DNA from: Octopus bimaculoides
Taxonomy: Eukaryota
Direction: 5' to 3'
NCBI RefSeq assembly: GCF_001194135.2
Contig: NC_068995.1
Span: forward strand, 57,932,827-57,996,826
Length of the DNA stretch: 64,000 bases
Made by a program: the position numbers and the translations under genes. This document shows, piece after piece, positions 36,501-50,300 of the stretch; position 1 is the first letter of the stretch; every line of letters starts with the position of its first letter. The notes under the pieces were generated by a model. The model was not told where the DNA came from. It ran no database searches and saw only the letters and a list, made by a program, of their open reading frames with translations.

Positions 36501-38832
36501 TGGCCAAAGGAATCTGTCCAACAACAGTGGCTTGTTGAGCCTGCTGTGTTTTATGTTGTTGCTGTTGTTGTTGTTGTTGTTGCTGTTGTTGTTGCTGTTG
36601 TTGTTGTTGATGCTGATGCTGCTGTTGCTGATGTTGCTGGTTCACACAGGCTTGCTGTTGTAGTAGTTGATTAATCTGGTTAATACTGGTGGCCGCTGAA
36701 GATGTTGAAGTCGATGCCTGCTGTAATAAGGTTTGTTGAGCAATAGCTGCTGCCTGAGCAATGGGAGGATGTGCTATTTGGGGTTGTCCAACTTGACCAC
36801 TAGTAGCAAATTGAAGCTGCCCTTGAGAAAGTTTCTTCTGGAGCAAAGCTAACTTTTCAAGATTAGCTTTCTGAGTTCGGTTCGGATTCTTTAATGAGAC
36901 TAATGAGCTAACATCATTTTCAACTCGGGCCATAATGATAGGATCTTGTGGAGTAATCTGAATAGCTGGTAGACGAGTGTTGAGGACAGTAGCAGCAGCT
37001 TGGGTTTGATTTGCAACTGCTGAAGAACCAGAAGTTTGAACAAGTCCACTACTGGAAATAGGCTTGTTTTGGACAGTGCTCGATGATACTTGGACTCCAA
37101 CCAGACTGCTGGCTACACTAACCTGAGAAGGCATCTGAACAAGGGACTGTGAGACAGTAGTTGTGACTGTCGTAGAATGGGCAGTGCTAAGACCTGGACT
37201 GCTATTCAGACTATGAGGATGAGTGACTTGAGGTAACGGTAACTGGAAATTGTGAATAGCTTGAACTTGCTGCTGCTGCTGCTGCTGTTGCAATGGTGAT
37301 GCACGATTGCGAGAGCTATGAGCAGAATGAGAATTGTGCTTTGAAGATGAACTTTTACTTGACTTAGTGGGCGGTGTTTTTGTTCGGCTGTTACTACGTT
37401 GATTACCTATGGTTGCTGTCGTATTGGCATTTTGAATAACTTGCATAGTTGTCAGTGCAGAGTTTTGTGGTGATATAGACGATATTTCCTGCCCAGAAGG
37501 TACAGTTGTTTTAACTGATGTTGTTTGGAGGGGCAGAGTATGTGACTGAGGGGCCTGAATTAGAACTTGCCTCCCACTTTGGAATTGAAGAGCTCCCAAT
37601 TGGTTGGAGGGAAGGCTCTGTAAATTAAAGTTCTGGCCTCCTATATTCACAGTCACTGTACCTGGTTGAGAACCAGCAACCTGTAACCCTGGGTGGCCTA
37701 TCACCTTCAGTTGTTGTCCCTGAAGAGGGTTCACCACTTGCTGCATTGGAATGCTTCCCTGGGCTGCAGAAGTGTTGATTAACTGAGCCTGCGAGATCTG
37801 GGGATAGGACTGAACTTGAGTGTTGACTGTGGACGACTGACCACTGTTAGTGGTGGACTGGATTTGTATCAAGTTTGATGGAAGTGTTCGTAGTATGATT
37901 GGTGGTGGGTTGATATTAACAAAACTGTAGTTAGATTGGCCTGCTGCTGCTGCTGCAAGGGTAGCAGCTTTTTCCTGGGACTGCTGACCAGACAACTGCA
38001 TGGTGCCAGCTCCTCCAACGGCCATCCCTGCTGCACTGCCCATCGCCATGCCAGCAGCCCCTGCCACGGGCTGCTGGGTGGCACCAGCGGCATGCAGCAG
38101 GGTACCGGTTCCAGAAACCTGCTGCCCAACATGTGAGGAAGGCAGCTGAAGATTCTGAACTTGCTGGAGGTTTGAAAATCCAGGGATAATAATGCTTTTG
38201 CCCTGTGGGATATTGATGATGGTACCATGCAGCGTGACAGGGTTGGACGAGGACGCAGCCTGTACATTGGGGTAGACACTCACCATGCCGCCCTGCTGGT
38301 TTGCTTGTTGGGCTGAGTTATTGCACAGAACATGAGCAACATTCACATTTACAACATTAGGGTTCTGAATGACTGTGTTTTGAGTGTGCACTATATTCTG
38401 TCCTTGTGTCGGAAGAACTGCCTGACCTGGCAGTAAGTTCTGAAGGTGCTGTGTGTTTTGGGTAGGGACTAGATTCTGAATAGGAACACCACCAGCAGCA
38501 GCAGCAGCAGCTGCCTGTAGTTGTTGCTGTGTTGAAGGTTGTGATTGCACTGATGTGGGGATCTGAACAACACTGACATTTGGGGAGGGGCTAACGCTGT
38601 TTGGATGCTGTCCACTGAAAGATGGACTAATTGTAACCAAGCCAGTATTTTGGCCCTGACTTGGTGTGAGTGACCGACTAACTAATGGTGAGTTGTTGGG
38701 AGCTGGACTCTGACTGGGCGTAAGAGAACGACTACTGACACCAGGTGATGAAGCTGATGAGACTTGAAGATGCTGAATTTGGTTTACTTTGGACTGTTGC
38801 TGCTGCTGATGATGCTGGTGCTGTTGTTGTTG

Positions 38833-38875
<43 letters not shown>

Positions 38876-39370
38876 AGCTGTTGTTGAAAATGCTGAAGCT
38901 GCAGCTGCTGTAGCTGCTGCTGTTGTTGTAATTGTTGTTGCTGTTGTAGCTGCTGCTGTTGCTGCTGTTGAGCAAAACCTATTGTATTTCCAGCAGCTGT
39001 CTTTAATATCAGTTGTTGACCTTGGATGACCTGGATTGGAATTCTGAAATAGAGAAATGAAAAAGGAAAATCTGTTCATAATTCACCAACTAGAAAAAGA
39101 ATTCCAGTACTTCATGAACTTTATTAATTGGAGAAGAAAAAAAAATAAAAGAAAAACAATATAAACAAAAAAACATTTTCTTTGATTCAGTATAGGAAAA
39201 GAAATATATTGTTGTTTCAAATAAGTATGAATCTAAAGAGATGGCTTAAATTTTATAACCTAAGGAAGAAAATAGTCAACAAATAGCGAAAAATGTAGAG
39301 CAAAACACTTCAAAAATTATGTAACAAACCAATAAAAATTTTGGCATTTTCATTACATAATTTACCACAT

Positions 39371-39419
<49 letters not shown>

Positions 39420-40651
39420 TCTGAACATTTGAAATTAATTACACTGTTAATATGCTAAAAATACATGCAATTAAAATAAGGCAGTTATCTTTTATTCATT
39501 TACTTGTTTCCGTAGTTTAAATGCAACCATATTAGGCCACCACTTTGAAGAGTTTAGTCAAACAAATCTATAGCAAAATACTTTCATATTTACGTCCACT
39601 ACTTATTTTATCAGTCTCTTTTGCTGAAGTACCCTGTTATGGAGATATAAACAAACCAACACCAGTTGTCAAATGGTGGAGACTTGGGCAGACAGATGCA
39701 GGCACACACTCAATTTCTTTAAATACATAAACACATAAACACATAAACAGTTGTCGAGAATACTTAATTTTGCAGTTGGTTTACTTATTGGTCATTTGAA
39801 AACATTTTGGTCTGCCCACATTTCAAATGATATTTTACAAGTACAACATTTCCACAAATTCCATGTTGAAAAGAAGTTTCCTTAGAATGTAATTTATAAA
39901 TATTAATACATACAACTGGACACATTCAAAATACAGACATATAGTGTAGTCATGGCTGTGTGGTAAGAAGTTCACTTCCCAACCACATGGTTCCAGGTTC
40001 AGTCCCACAACACGGTACCTAGGGTGAATGTATTCTTCTATAGGCCTGAACAAACCAAAACCTTGTGACTGGATTTGATAGACAGAAACTGGAAGAAGCC
40101 CAGTGGGTGTGTCCTGTATTGACATTGCGTGATAGCTGTGTGTCACTGTCATGCAAGCAGTATCATTAATTTCCAATAGAAAAAAGCAAGGAATGAAATG
40201 TTAAAGTCTAGCAGAAATCAAACCTACAACATTTATCCTTTGTTGATAGCAAATTCGCTATAGTTACCAATATGTTAAAATTGTAGAGATTTTCAACTCA
40301 GATTTTCACGTAATGAATTTATCAGCCGTATCCAGATATTTCTTACAAAGACATAGAGTTTGTACTTTGTTACAGAACGAATGGAGAGATTGTTACTTTT
40401 ATTGAAGCCTTTCTTCAAGTGAAACAGATTCAACATGGTTACAGAGTTGGCTCCCTACGGACAACTTATTCTTTGAAACTTTAAGTACCATGGAATTTGA
40501 ATCAAACTGTTTTGATCCATACATGTAACTTCCAATAAATGTGTTGAGTGTCCTTTGTTCGTTTGTCCACTCACTTGTGTATGTATGTGTGTGTGTGTGT
40601 CCATCCTATATATATCGTTTAACGTCCGCTTTCCATGCTAGCATGGGTTGG

Positions 40652-40696
<45 letters not shown>

Positions 40697-43600
40697 GCCC
40701 AACTGAGATTCACAACAGAGTATTTCGGTTTTTAATATATGTAACACAACTATTCAGTTAATAATAATAATGAGAACAAGAACATGGCTACATGAGCTAC
40801 TAGAAACAGTAACCAGACCTCCCTCAAATCAGACGTTATCATCTTAGAAACAGAGAAATAGTAGTGTTACATTCATGATGGATGGGATAATTGTGACCGG
40901 GATACTTTGACCATAAGTCTACTTATCAGAGCTGACCTGGAACCAGTCAACAAGATGAAAAAAGAAACAGAATCTGTTAAGGATAGACATTGCTTATATC
41001 AGACTTATAACTATAAACAGAGAGAGAGGGGGAGGGGGGAAGAGACTGGAGAGAGAGAGAGAGAAATGGAAAAAGAAGAAAAAGATAGGGAGAGAGAAAG
41101 AAAACAACTGAGGATGAGGTGTCTCCATTTAATGCGATAAAGTTGTTGTTGTTGTTGTTGTTCTTGTGATGTCTCTGTAATTGTGTAAATGCTTTATGAA
41201 TGGAAAATATTGAATATTCTTATTTTCAGTAGAAGTCGTATTTCTTTCTAATTGCAGAGATGTGAGTTTGAGTCTCACTGCTGGCCGCTGACACATTTTT
41301 CTGCAAAATAGGGGTAGTTTATCCTGTTCATGCCAAATTATTAGTATTATCCTGCATTTGAGAATGAAATTATTTCCTTATATTTACAATAAGGCACAAG
41401 GTCTGAAATTTCGGCGGGATGGGAACTAGTTGATTACACTGACCCCCAGTACTCAACTGGTACTTACTTTATTGACCCTGAAAGGATAAAAAGCAAAGCC
41501 AACCTCAAAGGAATCTAAACTCAGAATGTTAAACACAGAGAAAATACTGCTGAGCATTCTGTCCAGCATGATAATGGTAATTGTTTCAGATTTTGGTACA
41601 TGGCCAACACTTTAAGAAGAAGTTGGTCGATTACAGAACTTTGGCAGGCTTATACCATTAAGCATTTTGTCCAAAGTGCCAATGATTTTGAAAGTTCAGC
41701 ACCTTCTAATTCTTTTTTAATTTTATCACAAATTCAACAATTTTGAGGGGAGAGAGCATGTTGATTACATTAAGCTCAGTACTTGACTGGTTCTTTACCA
41801 AGCTCAAAATGATAAAAGCAAAGTCAACTTCTTATATTAATATTTATAATGTCAATCTCAAAAATGTAATAATGTTTTAGAAGAATTAAAGAAAAAGAAA
41901 AGAAGTTGTAAGGGTGGGTGAGGGTGCAGAAAGTTACAAGAATGTGAAAATGTTGTGTAAATATAAACTAGAAGTCATGATTTTCTGATTTGATCGTTTT
42001 TAAGGATACTAGCAAAATAAAGGATGGTATTTCAATTGGAAGCAAATTGAAATCTAGTTATTATTTAAATTCATCCACTTGACACCAAAGTAGAGCTTTG
42101 TGTCAGAATGAAGAAGAATGAGTAGAGCAGTCAATAGGGGGCTTTCAAGATCGAACATTTTCAATAATGGGAAATTATTATAGAAAGATTCTTTTTTTCA
42201 ATCAAGAAGAAACAATTGAAATAAAAAAAAAAAAAAAAGCAAACAGCTTTAATAATGTCTCAGTTGATATGATGATAAGAGAGAGGATCCCAGTAGTTGA
42301 CCTAATAATAGAGAATCTTCTTCAATCTGGGCATGGTGTTATGAAAATGTAAACATAAGAGATTACATTCACATTCCAATATCAGAAATGGAAGGAACCA
42401 AAAAGTTGGAGATTATGTAAAGCTATTCTAGAACATTTCTAATGTAAAACAATACAAAAAGGAAATCTATTTATAAAAATTTGAAATCAATATCTGTTTC
42501 AAGATTAAACTACAGGAAAAAAAAAAGTGGTTGATAAATATTTAATACCTTAATTGACAAAACCTTTTCTATTTACCTTACCCACCCCACTCTCAACCAA
42601 AAAGATAGCTTCTCAGAGACTTCCATTAGGCTTAGAATTTGTAAAAGTGAGAATATGTCATTCATGCCATTCCTCAAAGTACAAGCAAAGTAAATTAAGA
42701 GGTTCTATCTAAGAAATAACACTAATACCATTATAAATAAATAGATAATGCTAATCCTTTCTCTTACACAAAGATGTCTAGGGCTTATTGTTCAACTCTG
42801 GTTTTTTTAATCGTACAAAATCGATGAGAGATGAATTCCAACAGGAAAAAAAATAAGGTCTTATTGCAGATAGAATTTTTTTTTTTTTTTAAAAAGATGA
42901 GCTGAACTCAGAAAAACCAACAAAATATTCAGTTATTGTTTGTCCATTTAGCATTCAGAAAACTCTGTCAAATGTAATACTCTTTTATTCATATTGTTTT
43001 GAATTAATCAAGATTTTAACGATGTGATTGTTTATTTTTAGAATGAAATTGTAGGATAAGTGTGAAAGGTTGGATCTGGACAGTTTGAACATCAAATAGG
43101 TAGGATATTTGGGCTGGATATGGCTGCTTCAAATGNNNNNNNNNNNNNNNNNNNNNNNNNNNNNNNNNNNNNNNNNNNNNNNNNNNNNNNNNNNNNNNNN
43201 NNNNNNNNNNNNNNNNNNNNNNNNNNNNNNNNNNNNACACAAATTTCAGTGTTATTTTTATCTTTAATAACAATTGATATATTGAATAAATTCCTCTAAT
43301 AACTCTAATGAGTAACGAGAAGAGGAAAAAAGTAAAACTATGTCTCAAATTAAAAAAAAAAAAAATGAAATTGTATAGTGTAATGGAAAACAATGAAAGG
43401 ATATTTCACAAGAAGAAGAAGAATATTACAAGCAAGCAGTGATGACCATTGTAACATTAGTAACACCCCCCCCCAAAAAAAAATTAAGCAAGGGGGTACA
43501 GAAGAGCAGCAGCCGTATAACCATCCACTAGCCAGTTGCAGCAGACAAGGTAGCAGTTTCCTAGTTTATTTTACAAGTACATAGACACCTCAAACCCCTC

Positions 43601-46600
43601 ATCAGCTTCGCAAAAATAGAAAAATAAAATAATAAGTATTTGGTAGTGGTAGTGACAAAACTATCTTCCTCTGTTTTGCCCATTCTTCATCAGCAGCATC
43701 AAAAACTGTCTATCATAACTCTCACCAAACACTGGCTCCATTAACAGGGATGTCTTTGAGAATTTTGTCATGGTCCCCAGTTTGTTATGTTTGCCTTAAT
43801 GACTTGCACACTAAGCTTTTCAAGTGAATACACTTCTCTGCAGAGGATTCCACACTACATCCTCTGCTTCTTTCTATGCAAAGCCTTAATTCTCATACCA
43901 GGTTCTAAGAACTATGAACTGCAATCAGCACATGACATCCCAGTCTCATTTGACAAGACATTACACATTACTGTATTTATGCACTCGTGTTACAAAGACC
44001 CATAATCATGGACAATGAAATCCTGGGGGGAAAAAAATATATATAAATAAAACTTCCACATGTCATAAGGACTAACTTTCTTATTTATTTATTGCCCACA
44101 AGGGGTTAAACATAGAGGGGACAAACAAGGACAGACAAAGGGATTAAGTTGATAACATCGACCCCAGTGCGTAACTGGTACTTAATTTATCGACCCCAAA
44201 AGGATGAAAGGCAAAGTCGACCTTGGTGGAATTTGAACTCAGAACGTAACGGCAGATGAAATACTACTAAGTATTTCACCCGGCGTGCTAACGTTTCTGC
44301 CAGCTCACCACCTTTCTGTAGTATCATGACGTATAGAAAAAGTGAACAATAGAAAATAAAATTCTTGTATAAAATGCTTTACAAAAACTCCATATATCCT
44401 AACTAAAACAAAAAGCAAATTTGAAAATGACCTTAGAACTTCACCAAATTAAACACTGTTGAAATCTCAGATCAAGGTTTTTAAATGAAAAGGAAAGAGT
44501 ATATCATATACAAATAAATATCATGTAAAAAAAAAACTTGCCCATTATGCTATAACTACTATACTTATTATATATATAAGGGGCAGTTAGACTATCAGAC
44601 TCCTTTATCAAGTTAGGTCATGTTATTTCTGATGATATCTCTCAAGACAAACACTTTTATAACATGGCTAAACTTCAAAACAAAAACTGGAATTCTTCAG
44701 AGCTATAAAATATTCTAGCTTTATGCAGTTGATAGCATACACAAGCATAAATTCATCTGATGCTCATTTTCAAGAAAGTACACCTCTTCAGGACTACATG
44801 CTTTAACTGACATTATTCCAAACTTTGGGACACCGGACTAACTGTGCACACGAACATTAGCATGTCCCACCAAAGGGCACCCACTTTATAAGTAAATCTT
44901 ATGCACAATCAGTTTTCCTACACAACATAGTTGTGCTGTCTCAGTCTCAAAATGTGGATCTAAGGAAGAAGTGAAGTGGACAAGAATATTGAATATCAGT
45001 TTACTAGCTGACTGTATGCGAGTTCAAATTTGTTGCTGATATTTCATGTTTCTCATCCACACAGTATATTCATCAGCTACCAGAAACAGATATCATATCA
45101 TCTGGAAATGTTACCTGACACAGACTGGTTTCCTATATCAAGATTTATGTCATCTACTTACTACCACAAAATCTAGAATTACACTGGTGCCAAAAATCCA
45201 CCAAGCATCTGGAATTCACTTTTTTTTTTTAATGTAAAATTCTATATGCTAATAAATAATTTCTTTTGTCTCAGTCCACAACAAATGTAGTTAGCATAAT
45301 ATATTGGCAACTATTTTGTCATCTCCAGAACCTTGCAATATTTCAACTCAAGTTAGTAAACCAAAGTTTGTTAAACATTCATGATGTAACACAGGCACAA
45401 GGACACAAATGTTTGTAGGGTGGGTGTTTGGAGATAATTGGACTGATCTCTGGTACTTATTTCCTCAATACTAGAATGATGAAAAGCAAACTTGGAAGAA
45501 TTTGAACTCAGAACAAAAGAGAAACAGCTCAATGTTGCAAAGCATCAAGTCCAAAAATTATTGATTCCAGATTATAACATAAATTAGCAGACAGTGAATT
45601 CCAGTTGAATATAATTGAATAAAGAAAACTGTTTATGTAATATCAATGGTCCATTTGAAAGGAATGTACAGAGTGTAAACCTAAACAAGCAACAAATTAT
45701 TGGGAGGAACAAAACAGAAGAATGGAAGGAAAAGAAGTAAAAATATATATATATATTTTTTTTTTTACAAACCATTAAAACCATAAACACAAAAATGATC
45801 ATACAATAATCAAAATCAGAAACCAAACAATAAAAAAAAGACCTGACCTATTATAGAAGATGGGTCACTAAGATGGGAATATAGAGGTGGGGGAAAGGCT
45901 GGACAAATGTAGTAGTAATTGTTGTAATTGTGATACTATTAAAAAGTAATAGGGGCAGGGTAATGACAGCTGGGTAACCAATGACAACCAGAAATTAAAA
46001 AAAAAAAAAATGAATAGCAGTAGCAGCAAATGGAAGAGATTAAGAAGTGGCAGAAGTCAGTAGGAATNNNNNNNNNNNNNNNNNNNNNNNNNNNNNNNNN
46101 NNNNNNNNNNNNNNNNNNNNNNNNNNNNNNNNNNNNNNNNNNNNNNNNNNNNNNNNNNNNNNNNNNNNNNNNNNNNNNNNNNNNNNNNNNNNNNNNNNNN
46201 NNNNNNNNNNNNNNNNNNNNNNNNNNNNNNNNNNNNNNNNNNNNNNNNNNNNNNNNNNNNNNNNNNNNNNNNNNNNNNNNNNNNNNNNNNNNNNNNNNNN
46301 NNNNNNNNNNNNNNNNNNNNNNNNNNNNNNNNNNNNNNNNNNNNNNNNNNNNNNNNNNNNNNNNNNNNNNNNNNNNNNNNNNNNNNNNNNNNNNNNNNNN
46401 NNNNNNNNNNNNNNNNNNNNNNNNNNNNNNNNNNNNNNNNNNNNNNNNNNNNNNNNNNNNNNNNNNNNNNNNNNNNNNNNNNNNNNNNNNNNNNNNNNNN
46501 NNNNNNNNNNNNNNNNNNNNNNNNNNNNNNNNNNNNNNNNNNNNNNNNNNNNNNNNNNNNNNNNNNNNNNNNNNNNNNNNNNNNNNNNNNNNNNNNNNNN

Positions 46601-46644
46601 NNNNNNNNNNNNNNNNNNNNNNCACACACACACACACACACACA

Positions 46645-46680
<36 letters not shown>

Positions 46681-47263
46681 AAGTAAAGAAATAATAATGG
46701 AGTGGTAATACAAACTGAAATTCACATTAAAAATACACGCAAAAAAATTAAAATTTCAATGGAAATTGACTGCATTTACAGAAGAATAATTTACAAATGT
46801 AAAACCTTCTTCTCACAGCAGAAATGTACAATTTAGACTGGTTGGCAGCTGCCATACTTACTTGGATTCTAACTATTTTTAGTTGTATTCTTGATATTTA
46901 TCAATGAATCAAACAGTGAAAGCCTCCAACCTCTCAAATGCAGTCAAGAAGAAGTCTAAGTTAATTAAGATTAGTACGAATGTAATAACTACAGCAGCTG
47001 CCTTCATAACAAGCTCTCAGATAACCTATAGACCAATAAAATATACAACAGCTGAGCTGAAGAAGGATTCACTAATATGATTGCTTGACCTGCTAGAAAC
47101 AGTAGCCAAATCTCACTGACTTTGAAAATTATAGGGTGCATTGGGTGGATAACAAAAGATGAGATGGTCTGCAACGGAATGCTTTTGATCTGCAGTCAGA
47201 ATTGACATAAAGCTTAACAACAGCCAATAGTCAATCATTTGAAACATGACAACTTCCATGGAG

Positions 47264-47351
<88 letters not shown>

Positions 47352-50300
47352 AGTGAATGCTAATCGAATTCTGAAGCTAAATGCCAAAGTATATAAACAA
47401 AAAATAAATCACAATCAAATAACTAATTGATGACAATTCATTTAACTGCTTATTTCATTTTATTAATTTATTTTAATTTTTTGGCATATAGTTCAAGACT
47501 AAGACATTGTATAACTCAGGAGAGTACTATTATCGACAAAAACAAAATGAAACACAAGTCAAACTGTAATATTATGATGAATGACTTGTCTGTGTGGAGT
47601 TACAAATTAAGTCGAAACACACCAATATTCTCAAATGATATTGGAAATTATCAAAAATTAAGGTTTTTGCTTAAAAATGAGAAGCGAAAAGCCTATGTCA
47701 ATGCAAGTAATGCTTTATTGGAATAATGACCAAGTGAAGCAGGTTTGTAGAATGAGGAAATAATATTTCTGCTGCCAACAATGTTGTAAGTATAAAGGTA
47801 ACAATAAGAAATAGTGCTTCTCCATTACTAATCTCTAATTAATTAGATATGAAAGTATGACCAACATTATCAAGTAATAAAACCTATTAGCTCATAGATG
47901 TCATTAAGGAATCATTGCATTTACAAAATATACCTCATAATGTTAAATCATTGAAACTCAATTATACTCTTGTAGGTGTGCGAAATGAAATTTTCAAGAC
48001 AAAAATAAAAGATTTAAAAAATCAGAAATAATTAATGAATTAACTAAAACAACAAACTGTTTACTTTGTCAATGTAAATGGCATAGTCACATTTGCTAAT
48101 TATCTAATTATCTTTTGCACATACAATTATAACCTGAATATATCACAATAATCAGACAACTACAAATATAATAATTCATCTTTTAAAAAAAATCATCAAT
48201 CCCTCTAACATAAGTTTTTCCATTCTTCAAAAGCTTAGAATGAACAAGAATAAAGAATATAGTGCAAATAAAAAATGAAAAATAAAGATAATCTGCTATG
48301 TTTTTCTTAAATTCAGCAAAATAACAGACATTGAAAATTTTCAAATTTCTAAAACATTGAAAGTCAAACAAAACCTAGCTGAATCATTCAAATACACTGG
48401 AGAATAATTTGAGAAATCTGGCAACAAAACTAGACAAGTCCAATGCAAGGTATAATTTAATTTAAGAAATAGCAATCACAGGAAGCAGCCAGAAGCAAGA
48501 AGCAAGAAAATACAATTAACTTCAGTTCATATAAATTTTAAAAAAAAGGAAAAAGCAACTTTAATAATCCAAATAAATGCCCTTTTTTGTGTGTAAATAC
48601 AAGATCTCAGACTTATAGAGGAGAAACAAAATTTTGTAATGGTAATGTTTTTCTTAATGGGTTTAACAAGTTACTAAAGTTGAAACGGATATATTATGAG
48701 TAAAACTGACTTATGGACTTAGTTTTCAATGAGGGCTAAACTCAGTTCCTCAGAGTCTGTGGTTTTATATGTTATTAATAGCACATAAACTGCTATGTTT
48801 ATGCAAACATATCTGGGTGGTAAAAAAAACTCACATCCCAACCAAGTGGTTCCCAGTTCAAACTTTACTTGAACTTTGGGTTAACAAATGCCTTTTGAAC
48901 GAAATTTTGTTGACAGAAAGATATCAACATGAGTGAGGGAAAAAATGGCTTTTTAAATGAAGATTCACCCACTGATAACTGTTCTGCACTGAATCAGTGA
49001 TTAGCCAGAAGTACTGTAAAGTAGTTGGCATTAGGAGAGGCACCCAGTTGCAGAAAGTATACCAAAGCAGACACTGTAGCTCAGCACAGTGTGCCTGGTT
49101 TATTGGTTTCTGTTGGACTGTCATACTCCTGCATGCATGGAAAAAGGGACATCAAATGGTCAGAATGATTTCAACAGATCAACACAGACCAATCACTTAA
49201 GCACTTCTATATTTGCCCACTTTGTGTTTTATTGCCATGACTTCATGGTCAAATCTCTATCAATACTTATCGAATAATCCAAAAGCTAAGTGAATACACT
49301 GTGGTTTAGAGAAAGGTGATGGCAAGAGTAATTAATATGTTGGACTGATTGGGAAAAGTAACAATCTGTAATGCCATATTTAAGTTGCATTCTCAATGAA
49401 GCAGAAAACTGATAGGATTTTAGCTGAAAACTTACTGCTAAATCACAAACACTCGACAAACTTTCAAGAAAAAGCTTCATTAGTTTTATTAGCAATTTTG
49501 TTTTTAATTATTGAAAAATAAATAATAGCAAAATCAATAATAATAATAATAATTCTATCTACTTTTAAAAACACAAGACATGAATTTATTCTTTTTTGTG
49601 GAGAGAAGGTCATCATCATCATCATCATCATCATCATCGTTTAACGTCCGCCTTCCATGCTAGCATGGGTTGGACGATTTGACTGAGGACTGGTGAAACC
49701 GGATGGCAACACCAGGCTCCAGTCTGATTTGGCAGAGTTTCTACAGCTGGATGCCCTTCCTAACGCCAACCACTCAGAGAGTGTAGTGGGTGCTTTTACG
49801 TGTCACCCGCACGAAAACGGCCACGCTCGAAATGGTGTCTTTTATGTGCCACCCGCACAAGCCAGTCCAGGGGCACTGGCAACGATCTCGCTCGAAAATC
49901 CTACAGGAGCCAGTCAGGCGGTACTGGCAACGGCCACGCTCAAAATGGTGCATCTCATGTGCCACCCGCACAAGAACCAGTCCAGGGGCACTGGCAACGA
50001 TCTTACTTGGCTTGCCGGGTCTTCTCACACACAGCACATTTCCAAAGGTCTCGGTCCGTAGTCATCGCCTCGGTGAGGCCCAATGTACGAAGGTCTTGCC
50101 TCACCACCTCAGCCCAGGTCTTCCTGGGCCTACCTCTTCCGTCAATTAGAATCCAGTGCTCAACTAGTGCTTCGTTTTCTCAACCTTGGAAAGCTGAAAG
50201 CAAAGTCAACCCCAGCAGAATTTGAAATTAGACCATAAGGAATTAGAAGAAATATCGCCAAGCAATTTTTTTCAATGCTCTACTCCTCACTCTATAACAG

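Noticed and set aside
39945-40020. tRNA gene
   Set aside because: A/B-box-like head continues into a repeated SINE body; no cloverleaf could be drawn.
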